Assembly (NCBI GenBank): GCA_951406725.2
Contig: OX597835.1
Location: 30,814,001 to 30,878,000 of the forward strand
Source of the DNA: Octopus vulgaris
Taxonomy: Eukaryota
DNA: 64,000 nt
Reading direction: 5' to 3'
Each line of letters starts with the position of its first letter. Positions within the stretch are counted from its first letter, which is position 1. This document shows positions 59,823 through 64,000 of the stretch, piece after piece. The position numbers and the translations under genes were made by a program. The notes beneath the pieces were generated by a model. It saw nothing but the letters and a program-made list of their open reading frames with translations, was not told where the DNA came from and did no database searches.

Positions 59823-60289
59823 CATATATACATATATACATATATACACACATATATACCGATATATATGCATATATATATATGTATATATACATATATA
59901 CATATATATATACATGTACGCACACACACACACATATATATACATATATATAAATACATACATAAGCATATGCCTATATATTTATATGTGTATCAGTGTA
60001 CCTATATATTTATATCTGTATATAAATGGTTCTCTGTGTGTGTGTGTATATATATATAAATATATATATACATGGACATATATGTTTGTGTGTGTGTATG
60101 TGTGTGTGTTCATGCATACTTTTACACACTTAAATACAAAAATATCTACAGTAATTGACATTGATGTTCTTCTACTTATATCCCTGTTATTATACTTGAG
60201 GTTTTGTTATAGTTCTCCCTAGCATTGCCACCCCCCCGTTCATCCACTTCCTTTTCCTCCCCTCCTCCTCCGACTACTAATACTACTAC

Positions 60290-60342
60290 TACTAATAATA
60301 ATAATAATGATGATGATGATGATGATAATAATAATAATAATG

Positions 60343-60386
<44 letters not shown>

Positions 60387-60415
60387 TAATAATAATAATA
60401 ATGATAATAATAATA

Positions 60416-60484
<69 letters not shown>

Positions 60485-60499
60485 CTGGTGATGATGATG

Positions 60500-60565
<66 letters not shown>

Positions 60566-60598
60566 CTGTTGATGATGATGATAATAATAATAATAATA

Positions 60599-60636
<38 letters not shown>

Positions 60637-60637
60637 A

Positions 60638-60705
<68 letters not shown>

Positions 60706-60725
60706 ATTATTAATAATAACAACAA
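60290..60725. repeat. (TAA/TGA)n compound microsatellite
   Basis: Direct inspection. Confidence 0.95.
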
Positions 60726-60938
60726 TAACACACCTGTTTTCAGTGTTACCGTGATTAGTATTAGTATTTTTATCATTGTTGTTCTTGTTGTGAATATAAT
60801 TAATATTATCTCTATTTATCATTAAATTGTAGATTCTTCTCTTTACACAAATAAGCGAAATGGCAATAATTGACGCATAAGTCATCGTCGTCGTCGTCGT
60901 CGTCGATACCGAAGTAGTAGTAGTAGTAGTAGTAGAAA

Positions 60939-60994
<56 letters not shown>

Positions 60995-61472
60995 TAGTTG
61001 CAGTTGTTGTTGGAGTTGTTGCTTGTTATATTTGAAGCCTTCTTAATAGACTCGTTCTTTTGTTTATATGTCAAGTGTTTAGGCTATTTACTCTGCTCGA
61101 CAGAAACTCACGTGCAGCGATGCATCTAAATCTTTTGCTATAAACGTGAATGCACCCATAACATACATACACGTGTGTATACATACATATATATATATGT
61201 GTGTGTGTGTATGTATGTATGTATGTATGTATGTATGCATGTATGTATGCATATATACATACATACATACTTATATATAAATCTTTTTATTTGTAATATG
61301 AAATGTGTGATATTTGTATGTGTAGTATATGCATTAATAGAGGCATAAATACCCACACACACTTATTCACTCACACTCACACACAATTATTCACACAGAC
61401 ACATTTTGAATGTGAGTATTATCTTGATTGTTATATTCATTTGAGGATCTAGAAACATTCACATACACAAAG

Positions 61473-61513
<41 letters not shown>

Positions 61514-61583
61514 AACACACACACACACACATATATATATGTATATATATATATACACACATATAAATATATATGTGTCTCTC

Positions 61584-61654
<71 letters not shown>

Positions 61655-61771
61655 CATGTAAGTTTAGTATGTACGAATATATGATTTTTTCACATGCAAA
61701 AAAAGCACCAAAGAACTTCTTAGAGGAATGAGGAAAGAAGAATGAAAAAACAGGCGAACAAATTCTACAAA

Positions 61772-61846
<75 letters not shown>

Positions 61847-62527
61847 TAAGATAAAAACTATAGATAAAAAAAAAATCAGAAATAAATATATATGATTAAT
61901 AATAAAATATATCATTGTAAAAACCATAAGTAGCAAAGAAAAAAAAAAAGAATAATAAATAAATGAAGTGGAAAAAAGAAAAGAAGATGAATCGGCAAAC
62001 AGTTGTTCTTGAAATTGCTGAGGTAATTTTACGTGTTTTGGTGGTGCATCAGTTAATAGATGCTATAGAGAATTGTCAGTTCTAATCAACATAAACAGGC
62101 CATTGGAGAGAGAGGTGTGCTCAACTGTACGAAGCTCTAGTATATAATACATTTCTCTCATTATGTGAATGGCTGTCTGTGCTGTGTTTGTACGTATGTT
62201 GTTTGACTGGTTTGTTGGTTTGGTAGGCTGGCTGGTTGGTTGGTTGGTTGGTTGGTTGGTTGGTTGGTTGGTTGGTTGGTTGGTTGGTTGGTGGTAACTA
62301 TTTGTATATTCGGCTTGATCTGTACGAGTTGCTATAAGTGTATGTGTTTTGTTTTGTTTTTTGTTTTTGTTTTTTTTGGGTTTGTGTTTTTGTGTGTGCT
62401 TCGGCTGTGATGGCGGTTTGATGTTGGCTTGATGGTGGAGGTTTTGCGGCGGCGGCGGGAGAGGCGGCCGAGGTGGTGGTAAATAGCTGTATTTTGAGAT
62501 TGATTTGTACGAGTTAATAATAATAAT

Positions 62528-62597
<70 letters not shown>

Positions 62598-62610
62598 TAA
62601 ATATATATAT

Positions 62611-62669
<59 letters not shown>

Positions 62670-62811
62670 CATATATACACATATATATATATATATGTAT
62701 ATGTATGTGTGCGTATGAGTGTGTATTTAAAGATGAGTGTATGTGTACAAAATAAGACTCTTTTACGTAAAAGATATTTAGTTTTGTATTTCCCGTTGCT
62801 TCCCAATTTAC

Positions 62812-62878
<67 letters not shown>

Positions 62879-63431
62879 TACATATATATATATATATTTA
62901 TACATATAAATATACATATATACATATATATATATTTATATATTATTTTAGACGTACTTACACACACACTTATAGGTATATGCACATGTACATACCTATA
63001 TCTATCTTTTTCACTTTCTCTCCCTCAGTGTCTCTGCCTCTTCGTCTGTCTCTCTCTCCTTCTGTCTCTGTCCCTATATAGATATATAAATTGAGAGAGA
63101 GGAGGAGACAGGCTGGGAAAGAAAGATAAAGAGAAAGAATAAGAAATGTGTTTGTGGGGGTCTGGGTGTAGGTGTCTGGGTATTTGTGCATGGACGTATA
63201 TATGTGACTATATGGGTATATATTAGTTTCTATAAATGTTGAACGTTTAGACATCTCAGATTATAAATACTATCGCTGAAGAAACGAGAGTACACTGCTG
63301 CTTATGAACGCACTTATTTCTGCGCAGACGCACTCATCTCCCTATGTTTCTACACACGCATATATATCCATATCAAGATAAACAGCGCATGACCTTGCAG
63401 GTGGGGCTCAATTAGAATTTTAATCAGGTCG

Positions 63432-63781
63432 AGTAGCCCATCCTGCTCAAAAGGTCACTGAATAAGGGTTGTTTTAAAATGTTGAACGAAACTCGTATGT
63501 TTCCAAATGTGAATTATTCAAATCTCAAAGAATCACTCTCAACACACGGCTATGATGCTCCCCCAATACTTCTGCTCGTGATCAGAGATGCACACATCGT
63601 CAGCCACTTAGAGACATGCTCAAATGGTTAAGATCAAACAACTGAGAAGCAAATCTGTGGTGCTGAGCAGAATATTTGCTGTAGCCCATCTTTTATACCA
63701 AGACAAAACAATGTACATAACACTTCCAATCAGTTAAGATCAGAAGCCATGGGAGCCACTTCCTGGGACTGCATCTGGGCA
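63432..63781. mobile_element. Unclassified interspersed repeat, copy 2
   Basis: Reverse-complement match to 36743-37076; ends TGCATCTGGGCA against (TTC)n(TTA)n. Confidence 0.7.
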
Positions 63782-63796
63782 TTTCTCTTTCTTCTT

Positions 63797-63950
<154 letters not shown>

Positions 63951-64000
63951 TATGTCTGACTTTTGCTTTATGTCTGTACAAGTTGGCTCCAAGTCTCACC

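Overview
Eukaryotic, AT-rich and extremely microsatellite-dense DNA. The SINE types and repeat landscape suggest an octopus/coleoid cephalopod genome (inference). One host gene segment is supportable: a ~1.72-kb first coding exon on the minus strand (ATG 9172 to a G|GTAAGT donor at 7450/7449). It encodes a low-complexity N-terminus with an eh1 motif of the NK1/slouch type (TAFSVDDILSPTKF). No homeobox exon is visible, so it would lie beyond the left edge. The remaining ~55 kb looks like an upstream gene desert. It holds microsatellites, tRNA-derived SINEs, three 5'-truncated RLE-type (R4/Dong-like) non-LTR retrotransposons next to microsatellites, RTE LINE 3' fragments, a mariner-type MITE, Helentron-like non-autonomous elements, foldback elements, hammerhead-like motifs and unique islands that may be enhancers. 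Almost all other ORFs in the supplied track are translations of simple repeats. I see no clearly new biological system. The best leads are the microsatellite-associated RLE retrotransposons with a possible non-autonomous partner, and the variant hammerhead-like motifs.
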